From Synechococcus sp. (GTDB lineage Bacteria; Cyanobacteriota; Cyanobacteriia; PCC-6307; Cyanobiaceae), in contig JBJBDC010000001.1 of the NCBI GenBank assembly GCA_047285535.1, positions 1,952,136 to 2,016,135 of the forward strand: a stretch of 64,000 nucleotides of DNA, given 5' to 3'. Below the pieces are notes generated by a model that saw only the letters and a list, made by a program, of their open reading frames with translations, was not told the origin of the DNA and ran no database searches. Both the position numbers and the translations under genes were made by a program. Of this stretch, positions 1 to 9,497 are shown piece after piece. Each line of letters begins with the position of its first letter. Positions within the stretch are counted from its first letter, which is position 1.

Positions 1-144
1 TGCTAGTCCTTTGCTGGGTAAGACAACAGCAACCTGAAATCCCATCAACAAAGCTCTGCTTCAAGACGAAAGATTTGTAATGCTTGTGGCTTCATTGCTG
101 TGCCCTTGCCATAACAGGCCAATGGTTTCTCGCCTAAGAGGCGA

Positions 145-3100
145 ATGGCACCACCCTCCTCTTCAAAACCAAGCCGGCAAGGATCATCGGGCGGAGGCCA
201 AACAGCCAGGCAGCAGCCTGGTGGTTGGGGTGCTCAAGGCGCATCAGAAAGCGGATCCAACCAAAGCCAAGCCCAGGCCCACCTGATCCAGAGTCCAAGC
301 ATCAGCCTCCCAAAAGGAGGCGGCGCGATCCGAGGCATGGGTGAGAAGTTCAGCGCCAACCCGGTCACCGGCAGCGGTTCGATGACCGTGCCGATCGCTA
401 CCAGTCCTGGGCGGAGCGGCTTTGATCCTCAGCTCAGCCTGAGCTACGACTCTGGAGCAGGCAACGGGCCCTTCGGCTTCGGTTGGAGCTTGGCGCTGCC
501 CGCGATCACCCGCAAGACGGACCAAGGCCTGCCCCGCTACAGCGATTGGAGGAGCGATCCGCAGGAGGCGGATGTGTTCGTGCTCTCCGGAGCGGAAGAC
601 CTGGTGCCGGTGCTGCGCCAGGGGGCCGCAGAGCTGGAGATCCACGACGACGTGATCGATGGCTACCGGGTGCGCCGTTACCGCCCCCGCATTGAAGGCC
701 TCTTCGCCCGCATCGAGCGCTGGCAGTGGATCCCCACCAGCGCCGACCCGCGCCCGGAGGCCGAGCAGCGGGCTGATGTGCACTGGCGCTCGATCTCCAG
801 AGACAACATCCTCACGATTTACGGCGCCGATGCCGGCAGCCGTATCGCCGATCCCAAGGATCCCGAGCGCATCTTCAGCTGGCTGATCTGCGAAAGCCGT
901 GACGACAGAGGCAATGGCATCCGCTACCTCTATAAGGCGGAAGACGGCAACACCACCCTGCGGCCCGGGCAGGCTGATCCCTTCCGGGCCGCTCATCAAC
1001 GCAACCGTGGGACAGCGAACGATCTATCCCGCACCGCCCAGCGCTACCTGCAGCGCATCCTCTACGGCAACCGCAGGCCACTGCTCGATGCCCAGGGGCA
1101 ACGCCCGCGGCGATTGAGCAATCTGCCTGCCCCACCCACCGACAACACCGCCGACTGGCTGTTCGAGGTGCGCTTCGACTACGGCGAACTCAACTCAGAG
1201 GATCCCACCGGCACCCCCGAGCAGCCCTGGCTCTACCGCCCGGATGCCTTCTCTACCTACCGCAGCGGCTTCGAGGTACGCACCTGCCGCCGCTGCGAGC
1301 GGGTGCTGATGCTGCACCACATCCCCGATCAGGCCGCCACTGCCGATCGCCCCCTCCAGCCCGGGTACGAAGGCATGGTGCGCAGCACCGAGTTCGTCTA
1401 TGACGACGAGATTGATCCCACGCTCGCCAGCAAACCCGTCTACAGCTTCCTCAGCCAGGTTGTGCAACGGGGCTGGAAGCAGGAGGGCGACGCCATTACC
1501 ACCAAAACGCTGCCTCCTCTGGAGTTCCGCTACAGCCGGCCCACCCTTGGAGAAGACGTGGAGGAGGTTGATCCTGCCAACCTCGAGAACCTGCCGGTCG
1601 GCCTCGATGGCAGCTCTTATCGATGGGTTGACCTTCATGGTGAGGGGCTGCCCGGCATCCTCACCGAACAAGCTGGGGCATGGTTCTACAAGCGCAACCT
1701 CAGCCCGATGAGTCAACGGCTGCGGGCCGATGCCCAGGCCGATGTGGCCACCTTTGCCGCGCTGGAAACGGTCGCCAACCGGCCCAATGTGAGTCTGGCG
1801 GGTGGTGCCCAGATGCTCGATTTGGCCGGCGATGGCCTACCCGATGTGGTGAGCTTCAGCGCCCCCATACCGGGCCTCTATGAACACGACGGCGCCGAGG
1901 GCTGGCAGCCCTTCCGCTCCTTCCGCGAGCTGCCGAACATTGATTTCAACGACCCCAACCTGCGATTCGTCGACCTCGATGGCGACGGCCATGCCGATCT
2001 GTTGATCAGCGAAGGCGATGTGTTCGTGTGGCATCGCTCCCTTGAGGAAAAGGGGTTTGAGACTGCCCAGCGGGTGCCGCTGCCTTGGGACGAAGAAAAA
2101 GGTCCGCGGGTGGTGTTCGCCGACAGCAACGAAAGCATCCATCTGGCGGACATGAGCGGTGATGGACAGGCGGATGTGGTGCGCATCCGCGCCGGCGTCC
2201 ACGGCCGCGAGATCTGCTACTGGCCAAATCTGGGCTACGGTCACTTCGGGGCCAAGGTGTCGATGGATAACCCGCCCCTGTTCGATCATCCGGAACTGTT
2301 TGACCCCAAACGGCTACTGCTGGCCGACATCGATGGCAGCGGCACCACGGACCTGATCTACCTCCACGCCGAGGGGGTGCGGCTCTATTTCAACCAGGCG
2401 GGCAACGGCTGGAGCGACGCAGTGCCCCTGAAGGTGTTCCCGCCGATCCACAACATGGCCCAGGTGGCCACCGTGGATCTGCTGGGCAATGGCACCGCCT
2501 GCCTGGTGTGGTCGTCGCCGCTGGCGGGCGACAGCGGCCGCCAGATGCGCTACGTGCCGCTGATGACCGAAGGAAAGCCGCATCTGCTCACCACCAGCAT
2601 CAACAACCTCGGCGCCGAAACGCAGGTGCGCTATTGCTCTTCCCTGCGCTTCTACCTGGAGGACAAGCTCAACGGCAAACCCTGGATCACGCGCCTGCCG
2701 TTTCCGGTGCATGTGGTGGAGCGGGTGGAAACGATCGACCACATCAGCCGCAATCGCTTCGTCTCGCGCTATGCCTACCACCACGGTTATTTCGATGGCG
2801 AGGAAAGGGAATTCAGGGGCTTCGGCATGGTGGAGCAGTTCGATACCGAAGCATTCGAAGACTATGTCGTTGGCGTTCAGACAGCTGGAGGCTCACAAGA
2901 ACTGGCGCCTGAGCTGAACCAGCCGCCGGTCACGACCCGCACCTGGTATCACACCGGGGCATTTCTCGATCAGCCGCGAATCCTGCACCAGTACCGACAC
3001 GAGTACTACCAGCAAGAGCAGCACATCCCCGAGCCCTTCTTGCCTGCAGGTCTGAGTGCAGACGAACTGCGCGAATGCATTCGTGCCTTGAAGGGTCTGC

Positions 3101-6100
3101 CGCTACGGCAGGAGATCTACAGCCACGACGACTCGGCTGAACAAGAGCACCCATACACGGTCACGGAGAACAATTTCGAGATTCGCTGGCTTCAACCGCA
3201 TAGCAACCAGCGGCACGGCGTCTTTTTTCCGGTGGGCCGGGAATCCATCTCGCTCAACTACGAGCGCAATCCGGCCGACCCTCGCATCTCGCACACCTTC
3301 GGGCTGGAGCTGGATCAGTACGGCAACGTCCGTAAGTCCTGTTCGGTCGTGTATGGCCGCAAGATTGGCGACGCCTCCCTTCCCCCCGAGGTCAACCGCG
3401 ATCAGCAGCAGCGCTACATCACCTATGCCGAGGCGGACTACACGCCCGACATCGATCAAGCAGAGCCGATCGAATCCTACCGCTTGCGTGTGTCCTTCGA
3501 ATCCAGGAACTACGAGATCAACGGTATCGCTCCGGACGCTGCCTTCTTCCAGTTCGAGGAGATCAAGAACAAGATCGCCGCTGCCGCCCCGATCGACTAC
3601 GAAGTTGTCGCGGACAGCGTCACGCCACAGATTCGGCTGCTCTCCCACGGCCGCACGCTCTTCCTCGACAACGCGCTGAACCCCTTGCCATTGGGCCAAT
3701 GGGACTCACTGGGGCTCGACTACCAAAGCTACAAGCTCGTCTTCACTCCTGGCATCACGGCCGCCCATTACGCCGGCAAGGTGAGCGACGCCGAGTTTAC
3801 CGCTGCGGGATATGTGCACTTCGCTGGTGACGCCAACTGGTGGATAACCTCTGGCACGGCTGTCTATCCAGCAAATCCGCGCGACACTTTCTACCTCCCG
3901 ATCGGCACCAAGGATCCTTTCGGACTGGAAACGATTGCGACCTTCGATCAGCACGTCCTCCTGATCGAAAAGGTGGAGGTCAAGCAAGCCGCTTGGAACG
4001 TCGTCGCAGCGGTCAATGACTACCGCATCTTCGGCCCGATGCTGATGACAGACCCCAATGGGAACCGCTCGGCCGTCGAACACGACGAGTTGGGCATGGT
4101 GGTCAAGACCGCCATCATGGGCAAGGCTGGCTCGACGGATGGCGACACGCTGGCCGACCCGACCACGCGGATGGAATACGAGTTGTTCAACTGGAAGAAC
4201 AACCGCAAGCCCAACTTCGTGCATACCTTCGCGCGCGAGCAGCACGGCGCTGCCAATCCGCGCTGGCAGGAGAGTTATGCCTTCTCCAACGGAAGCGGCG
4301 GTGTGGCGATGGTCAAGGCCCAGGCGCATCCCGGCAAGGCGTTTAAGGTGAATATGGACGGCAGCAAAGCCGAAGTGGATGCCGATCCGCGTTGGGTGGG
4401 CAACGGGCGCACCGTGCTCAACAACAAGGGCAAGCCGGTCAAGCAGTACGAGCCTTACTTCAGTACCACCCACGAATACGAAGACGAAAAGGTGCTGCGT
4501 GAGATCGGCGTCACGCCCGTCCTCTACTACGACCCGGTCGGGCGCAACATCCGCACGCTGTTTCCCAACGGCACCTTCGCCAAGGTCGAGTTCACGCCCT
4601 GGTGGCAAAAAGTCTTTGACGCCAACGACACCGTCAAGCAAAGCCAGTGGTACGTCGACCGGGGCAGGCCTGATCCGACAGCAGAGCCCGAACCGCTGAA
4701 CGACCCGGAACGCCGCGCCGCCTGGCTTGCCTCCAAACACGCCGACACGCCTGGCGTCATCCATTTCGACAGCCTGGGCCGACCCGTCTACGCCGTTTCC
4801 GATTACGGCGAAGGAAAGACGGCGGCGGTGCGCTCGGAAAGCGACCTGACTGGGCGCCTCTCGACGATGTTCGATCAGCAGCAACGAGAAGTCGCAAGCG
4901 GCTTCGTTGGCATGGAGGACACCCCCATCGTCGGCGACAGCGCCGAGAAGGGCCGTCGCTGGACCTTCCAGAACGTGCTCGGTGCGCTGGTTAAGACCTG
5001 GGACGAACACGGCCGCCAGTTCCGCGCCGAGTACGACGAGTTGCACCGCCCTGTTAGCACCTTCGTGAAGCAGGCCGGACAAGGGGAGATCCTGTTCAAT
5101 TACATCGTCTATGGCGACCGTCTTGCCAATGCCGGGCAACTCAACCTGCTCGGCACCGCCCATCTGACCTTCGACCAAGCCGGCTTGATGCGAGTGCCGG
5201 AACTGGACTTCAAAGGTAACCCGAAGGCCGTCGATCGCATCCTGGCCAAGGACTACAAAAACGATCTCGACTGGAGCACTCTGCCAGGTCAAACAAATGT
5301 CACCGCCGTCCAAGCCGCCGCAGATCCCGAGCTGGAAGACGCCGAAGTCTTCTCCGCCAGTTCCTTGTACGACGCGCTGAATCGTCCAACTCGGGTCACG
5401 TTGCCCGATGGCACCATCATCATGCCCAGCTACAACGAGGCCAACTTCCTGACCTCACTGAAGGCGCAAATTCGTGGTCAAGGCAATTTCATCGAATTCC
5501 TCAAAGGCCAGGATTACGACGCCAAGGGCCAGCGCCAGTTCGCGCATTACGGCAACGAAGTCTTCACCCGCTACTTCTACGACCCCAAAACCTTCCGCCT
5601 GAGCAATCTGTTGACCTACAAGTCAGGTGCAGACCCGCAGACCCAAGGGCTGCAGAACCTGAACTACTGCTACGACCCGGTCGGCAACATCACCCAGATC
5701 CGCGACGACGCGCAGCAAACCCATTACTTCAACAACGCCGTCGTCAAGCCTGAAAGCCTGTACGAATACGACGCGATCTATCAGCTCTTCCGCGCCAGGG
5801 GTCGGGAACTCGCCGGTGGGGTTAACGACGCCATCTGCACGCACACCGATTTGGATTTCGTCCAACTTCCGCACCCAAACAATGTCAACGCGGTGCGCAA
5901 TTACACCGAGGAATACGAATACGACCTGCTCGGCAATATCAAGGTGATGAAACATCGCTTCCAATCCCAAGCCGGTATCGGTGGCGGCTGGACGCGCCAT
6001 TACCTTTATGCCTTTGACAACGCGCCGGGCAATCGCACCAACCGCCTAACCGCCACCAGCCAGCCAGGCGACCCGGATGCAGGCCCTTATACCGGCACCT

Positions 6101-7896
6101 ACGACTACGACGCCTACGGCAACATGACCCGCATGCCGCACCTAGCGGCCATGGACTGGAACTTCATGGACCAGTTGCACCGGGTGGACTTGGGCGGCGG
6201 CGGGACGGCTTATTACGTCTATGGCCTGGACGGTCAGCGTCTGCGCAAGGTGATCGAGCGCAACGGCAACCTGAAGCTCGAATGGATCTTTCTCGGCGCG
6301 GTGATGATCTTCCGCCGTCGTCGGCGCAACACCAACGATTTGCGTCTGGAACGCTGGACGGTCCACATCAGCGACAACACTGACCACATCGCGCAGGTGG
6401 ATACCAAGACGCGGGACGATGACAACGACGATCCGGCCAATCCGCTCAATGTTCCGCTCATTCGGTATCAGCATGCCAATCACCTCGGCTCAGCGGTGCT
6501 GGAGACAAACGAAGACAGCGACCTGATCTCCTATGAGGAGTACCACCCCTACGGCACCACGGCATATCGCTCGGCTAAACCTGGATTCGATATAAGTCTG
6601 AAGCGATATCGATTCAGCGGGAAGGAGCGGGATGACGAAACTGGGTTGTACTACATCGGCACGAGGTATTACGCGCTATGGCTTGGGAGATGGACTAGTA
6701 CTGATTCAGCTGGATTCGTTGACGGCGTCAACCTATATCGGTATTGCCGGAATTCCCCAACCGTCCATGTAGACCCCACAGGCCTCGATCCTGAGTACCT
6801 TCCCGGAACACCTGAGGATAGGCTCACACCTAAATCAACACAGGCTGAGCGTGAGGCGTTTGCGCGAAGAAGGGGATTCAGGGTTATCGATCCAAATCCA
6901 GAGCAGCAACGCTGGGTAGGGACACCAGAAGCTGGAAGTTGGGAATTGAGCCCTGAAGGAAGACTAGAGAGAATTACTCCAGAAGGAACGCACAGCAGTA
7001 AGCCAGCCCCTAGTACAGGAAATGAAGAACTAGCTACACCAGAACCCCCATTACCAAATAACCCATCTCCAGCGCCCACTCCTGAATCGTCAGAATCAAG
7101 TGATACGAGAAACGGAGAAGGTAGTGAGAGGAGTTTCTTTACCAGCAGCTTCTTCAAAGGATTGGCTGTGGGTCTTGCTGTCACTGTTGCTGTGGTGGCA
7201 GTCGTCGCAACAGGTGGAGCAGCTCTTGCTGCAATTGCGCCGGCTGCTTCAGCCGCAATTGCTTCATCTGGAGTTGGCACAGCAATCGCCATAGCCGGCA
7301 CAACGGTTGCTGTCGCCAACACTGTTCAATCGGTGCGTCAGCGTGATCTCTGGAATAACCCCATCTCGGAGGAGCAAGCCAACTTCAATCTTGGTCTAGG
7401 AGTGGGCTCTTTTGCTTCAGGAGCACTCTCACGCCCAATTTCTGGGGCTGTTAGTCCGCTCGGGCAAAGCTTAGGTCGCGGCGCAGGCCAAGGAATTGAA
7501 AACATGTCGTCAGGAATGTTTATCCCGGCATTGCCTGGTGGAGGAACTTTTGGAGGCGCCATTTCGACTACCGCGGCTGCGGGTGTGAATACAACGTCAG
7601 CTGTAACGGCAGCTGGCACTGCCATGGGAGCCAATGTTCTCATGATGTCCGGCAATCAGGGGGATGATTGGGATGACCAAGGCTGGCGTCCAAAGAAAGC
7701 CAAGGGAAAGACATTTCGCGGAGGAAGAAAGAGCTCTCGAGACAACTGGTATGGGTTTGATCGAGATAAAAATTTCGTCAGATGGTGGCATCGCCAAGGA
7801 AAGTCAGAATTTGGAGGAAATGATATTGATAACGCTGCAGAGGCCAAAGAGATCTATACCTACTGGGTTAGCATTGGAAAGCCGGCGCCAAAATGA
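145..7896 (+). CDS. Fused TcB-TcC toxin-complex subunit: SpvB N-terminal domain, FG-GAP/VCBS propeller repeats, TcdB mid domains, YD/RHS shell, RHS autoprotease and ~369-aa C-terminal cargo (2583 aa)
   Basis: SpvB-type start SLPKGGGAIRGMGEKF...LSLSYDSGAGNGPFGFGWSL; repeated DLxGDGxxD motifs; EFRGFGMVEQ; YDPVGNIT-type YD repeats; core YRFSGKERDDETGLYY...PTVHVDPTGL (D at 6772). Confidence 0.95.
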   Translation: MAPPSSSKPSRQGSSGGGQTARQQPGGWGAQGASESGSNQSQAQAHLIQSPSISLPKGGGAIRGMGEKFSANPVTGSGSMTVPIATSPGRSGFDPQLSLSYDSGAGNGPFGFGWSLALPAITRKTDQGLPRYSDWRSDPQEADVFVLSGAEDLVPVLRQGAAELEIHDDVIDGYRVRRYRPRIEGLFARIERWQWIPTSADPRPEAEQRADVHWRSISRDNILTIYGADAGSRIADPKDPERIFSWLICESRDDRGNGIRYLYKAEDGNTTLRPGQADPFRAAHQRNRGTANDLSRTAQRYLQRILYGNRRPLLDAQGQRPRRLSNLPAPPTDNTADWLFEVRFDYGELNSEDPTGTPEQPWLYRPDAFSTYRSGFEVRTCRRCERVLMLHHIPDQAATADRPLQPGYEGMVRSTEFVYDDEIDPTLASKPVYSFLSQVVQRGWKQEGDAITTKTLPPLEFRYSRPTLGEDVEEVDPANLENLPVGLDGSSYRWVDLHGEGLPGILTEQAGAWFYKRNLSPMSQRLRADAQADVATFAALETVANRPNVSLAGGAQMLDLAGDGLPDVVSFSAPIPGLYEHDGAEGWQPFRSFRELPNIDFNDPNLRFVDLDGDGHADLLISEGDVFVWHRSLEEKGFETAQRVPLPWDEEKGPRVVFADSNESIHLADMSGDGQADVVRIRAGVHGREICYWPNLGYGHFGAKVSMDNPPLFDHPELFDPKRLLLADIDGSGTTDLIYLHAEGVRLYFNQAGNGWSDAVPLKVFPPIHNMAQVATVDLLGNGTACLVWSSPLAGDSGRQMRYVPLMTEGKPHLLTTSINNLGAETQVRYCSSLRFYLEDKLNGKPWITRLPFPVHVVERVETIDHISRNRFVSRYAYHHGYFDGEEREFRGFGMVEQFDTEAFEDYVVGVQTAGGSQELAPELNQPPVTTRTWYHTGAFLDQPRILHQYRHEYYQQEQHIPEPFLPAGLSADELRECIRALKGLPLRQEIYSHDDSAEQEHPYTVTENNFEIRWLQPHSNQRHGVFFPVGRESISLNYERNPADPRISHTFGLELDQYGNVRKSCSVVYGRKIGDASLPPEVNRDQQQRYITYAEADYTPDIDQAEPIESYRLRVSFESRNYEINGIAPDAAFFQFEEIKNKIAAAAPIDYEVVADSVTPQIRLLSHGRTLFLDNALNPLPLGQWDSLGLDYQSYKLVFTPGITAAHYAGKVSDAEFTAAGYVHFAGDANWWITSGTAVYPANPRDTFYLPIGTKDPFGLETIATFDQHVLLIEKVEVKQAAWNVVAAVNDYRIFGPMLMTDPNGNRSAVEHDELGMVVKTAIMGKAGSTDGDTLADPTTRMEYELFNWKNNRKPNFVHTFAREQHGAANPRWQESYAFSNGSGGVAMVKAQAHPGKAFKVNMDGSKAEVDADPRWVGNGRTVLNNKGKPVKQYEPYFSTTHEYEDEKVLREIGVTPVLYYDPVGRNIRTLFPNGTFAKVEFTPWWQKVFDANDTVKQSQWYVDRGRPDPTAEPEPLNDPERRAAWLASKHADTPGVIHFDSLGRPVYAVSDYGEGKTAAVRSESDLTGRLSTMFDQQQREVASGFVGMEDTPIVGDSAEKGRRWTFQNVLGALVKTWDEHGRQFRAEYDELHRPVSTFVKQAGQGEILFNYIVYGDRLANAGQLNLLGTAHLTFDQAGLMRVPELDFKGNPKAVDRILAKDYKNDLDWSTLPGQTNVTAVQAAADPELEDAEVFSASSLYDALNRPTRVTLPDGTIIMPSYNEANFLTSLKAQIRGQGNFIEFLKGQDYDAKGQRQFAHYGNEVFTRYFYDPKTFRLSNLLTYKSGADPQTQGLQNLNYCYDPVGNITQIRDDAQQTHYFNNAVVKPESLYEYDAIYQLFRARGRELAGGVNDAICTHTDLDFVQLPHPNNVNAVRNYTEEYEYDLLGNIKVMKHRFQSQAGIGGGWTRHYLYAFDNAPGNRTNRLTATSQPGDPDAGPYTGTYDYDAYGNMTRMPHLAAMDWNFMDQLHRVDLGGGGTAYYVYGLDGQRLRKVIERNGNLKLEWIFLGAVMIFRRRRRNTNDLRLERWTVHISDNTDHIAQVDTKTRDDDNDDPANPLNVPLIRYQHANHLGSAVLETNEDSDLISYEEYHPYGTTAYRSAKPGFDISLKRYRFSGKERDDETGLYYIGTRYYALWLGRWTSTDSAGFVDGVNLYRYCRNSPTVHVDPTGLDPEYLPGTPEDRLTPKSTQAEREAFARRRGFRVIDPNPEQQRWVGTPEAGSWELSPEGRLERITPEGTHSSKPAPSTGNEELATPEPPLPNNPSPAPTPESSESSDTRNGEGSERSFFTSSFFKGLAVGLAVTVAVVAVVATGGAALAAIAPAASAAIASSGVGTAIAIAGTTVAVANTVQSVRQRDLWNNPISEEQANFNLGLGVGSFASGALSRPISGAVSPLGQSLGRGAGQGIENMSSGMFIPALPGGGTFGGAISTTAAAGVNTTSAVTAAGTAMGANVLMMSGNQGDDWDDQGWRPKKAKGKTFRGGRKSSRDNWYGFDRDKNFVRWWHRQGKSEFGGNDIDNAAEAKEIYTYWVSIGKPAPK

Positions 7897-8408
7897 ATGA
7901 CATTAAAACAGCCACATTTCATCAACTAATAGATCACATTAAGAGTGACGATTCGCATAGAATCATAGAAGCTGTCCGCGAGTGTGCCTCGCGTCAAGAA
8001 GAAGTCGCTGCTCCTTATTTGCTGAATATTCTCCAAGTGACCCAAGACGCTGCAGTGAGAAACGCCGCTGCGCTCGCTTTGAGCGATCTAAAGAATCCCG
8101 CCGCATTTGGCATATTAGTGGAGTTACTGAAAAGCGACCATGCCCGTGAAAGCCAGGGGACGCTTTTATATGCACTCGACACGTACGACTGTTCACCAAT
8201 CTTGCCCTTATTAGTAAATCTGGTTATTGATGGAAATTTTGAGGTTAGTCGACAAGCATTTAGCCTGATCTCTGGCATTGAAACTGAGCTAGACGATCGT
8301 GTTTGGCAAAGCTGTAGAGAACGACTACAGTCTGCAATTGTGGTTACCACAGAAGATCAGCGGCCAGTACTGGAGGAACTGCTCAAGCTGTTCGAGCAGG
8401 ATGAATAG
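7893..8408 (+). CDS. HEAT-repeat protein, putative immunity protein for the TcC cargo (171 aa)
   Basis: ATGA overlap with toxin stop; HEAT-like VRNAAALALSDL, EVSRQAFSLI; AT-rich like the cargo; immunity role inferred from position. Confidence 0.7.
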   Translation: MNDIKTATFHQLIDHIKSDDSHRIIEAVRECASRQEEVAAPYLLNILQVTQDAAVRNAAALALSDLKNPAAFGILVELLKSDHARESQGTLLYALDTYDCSPILPLLVNLVIDGNFEVSRQAFSLISGIETELDDRVWQSCRERLQSAIVVTTEDQRPVLEELLKLFEQDE

Positions 8409-8447
8409 GTGAGCTAGACCGCTTTTTTGAACTAGAAAACTTGGACG

Positions 8448-8675
8448 ATGGAACTTACGCTATTCACCGACCTAATCGACGCCCCCGGCAATGTCGCCGG
8501 CGGCCTGAAAGCCATCGTCAACCTGCCCTAAGCCGAAGGCGAAGCGATACTCCGGTCGCTAGACGAGACCTATCTCCTCATCAACACCACGCTCAACATG
8601 CTGTTCATCGGCCAGCAACTCGCCAATAACGCCCGCAGCGCCACTCGCGACAACCAACGCATCCCTCCTGTTTGA
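8448..8675 (+). pseudogene. Degraded hypothetical gene with in-frame stop
   Basis: Frame from ATG 8448 reads MELTLFTDLIDAPGNVAGGLKAIVNLP*(TAA 8529)AEGEAILRSLDETYLLINTTLNMLFIGQQLANNARSATRDNQRIPPV*; helical, protein-like on both sides of the stop. Confidence 0.55.
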
Positions 8676-9406
8676 AATGCACTGAGCACATTTCACCCTG
8701 TGCTAAGCCCCGAACGGATAAAAACAATTAAACGAGAACTCGCGTTTTTGAAAGTGCAGAGTCGACACGCCAAGACTCCAATCTGGCTTACCTACGTCTC
8801 TGTAATTCCGGCAGAAGAGCTTATTAACACCATGATTCCCCACCGGCTCTAACTACTCCTACGTGGTCTCCATCAATCAGCAACTGCTCTTGCTAAAGGT
8901 GGCGGCCGCCTGGTTCACCTACTGGTGATTCTTGATCCGTTTGACTCCACACCATCAGCGTGGATCTAGTCGTCAACGAGGCAGTGCAGTTGCAGCGACA
9001 AGGAGATTCTTTGGATCGTGAATCCGGCCGACTCTGCTTTTCTGCAACATTGCCAACTGCAGGGCCAAACGAAGAATAACCAGCTCTGGCCTCTGTCTTT
9101 GGTCTGAGTGCCGCAACATCTTCAAACGGCTCAAACCCTTACCACCTGAATCACCTGACACTTCAGGCCACTGTTGTCATAAAGGGAGAAGGCAACGGGA
9201 CCACCTAGTCCCCCACCTCAAAAAAACTATGGCTGCCTCCCCAGCTTCGGCCACTCCCCTCTACGCGGGGCCACACCCGATGGCAAGGCCCAGCTCGCCA
9301 AGAGCGCAGACCACGCCAACTGAATTCCTGATCGGTCGCGCCCCATCCAACCCACTCAATGGGATGGGGTGGGAATAACACTCATCATCGTGCGATTGGA
9401 ACACAA

Positions 9407-9435
9407 GCCTTCTCCCCGCGGTAGGGGGGCGTTTT
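9407..9435 (+). terminator. Possible intrinsic terminator upstream of tcA
   Basis: GCCTTCTCCCC-GCGGT-AGGGGGGC imperfect stem followed by GTTTT. Confidence 0.3.
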
Positions 9436-9497
9436 GAAAGCGATACGACGGACCTAGCGAGACCCCTAACGCAGTACGTACTTCCGAGGACTTTCAG

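Noticed and set aside
2840..2910. Local drop in GC within tcBC suggesting a chimeric junction
   Set aside because: Short stretch in a variable loop; cannot be separated from noise without codon statistics.
3706..5313. 535-aa minus-strand ORF and many other long antisense ORFs over tcBC and tcA
   Set aside because: Shadow ORFs of GC-rich coding sequence; no motifs; fully overlap well-supported genes.
8973..9161. Possible IS3 orfA remnant (RLKMLRHSDQRQ)
   Set aside because: Similarity too weak; no terminal inverted repeats or DDE fragment found.
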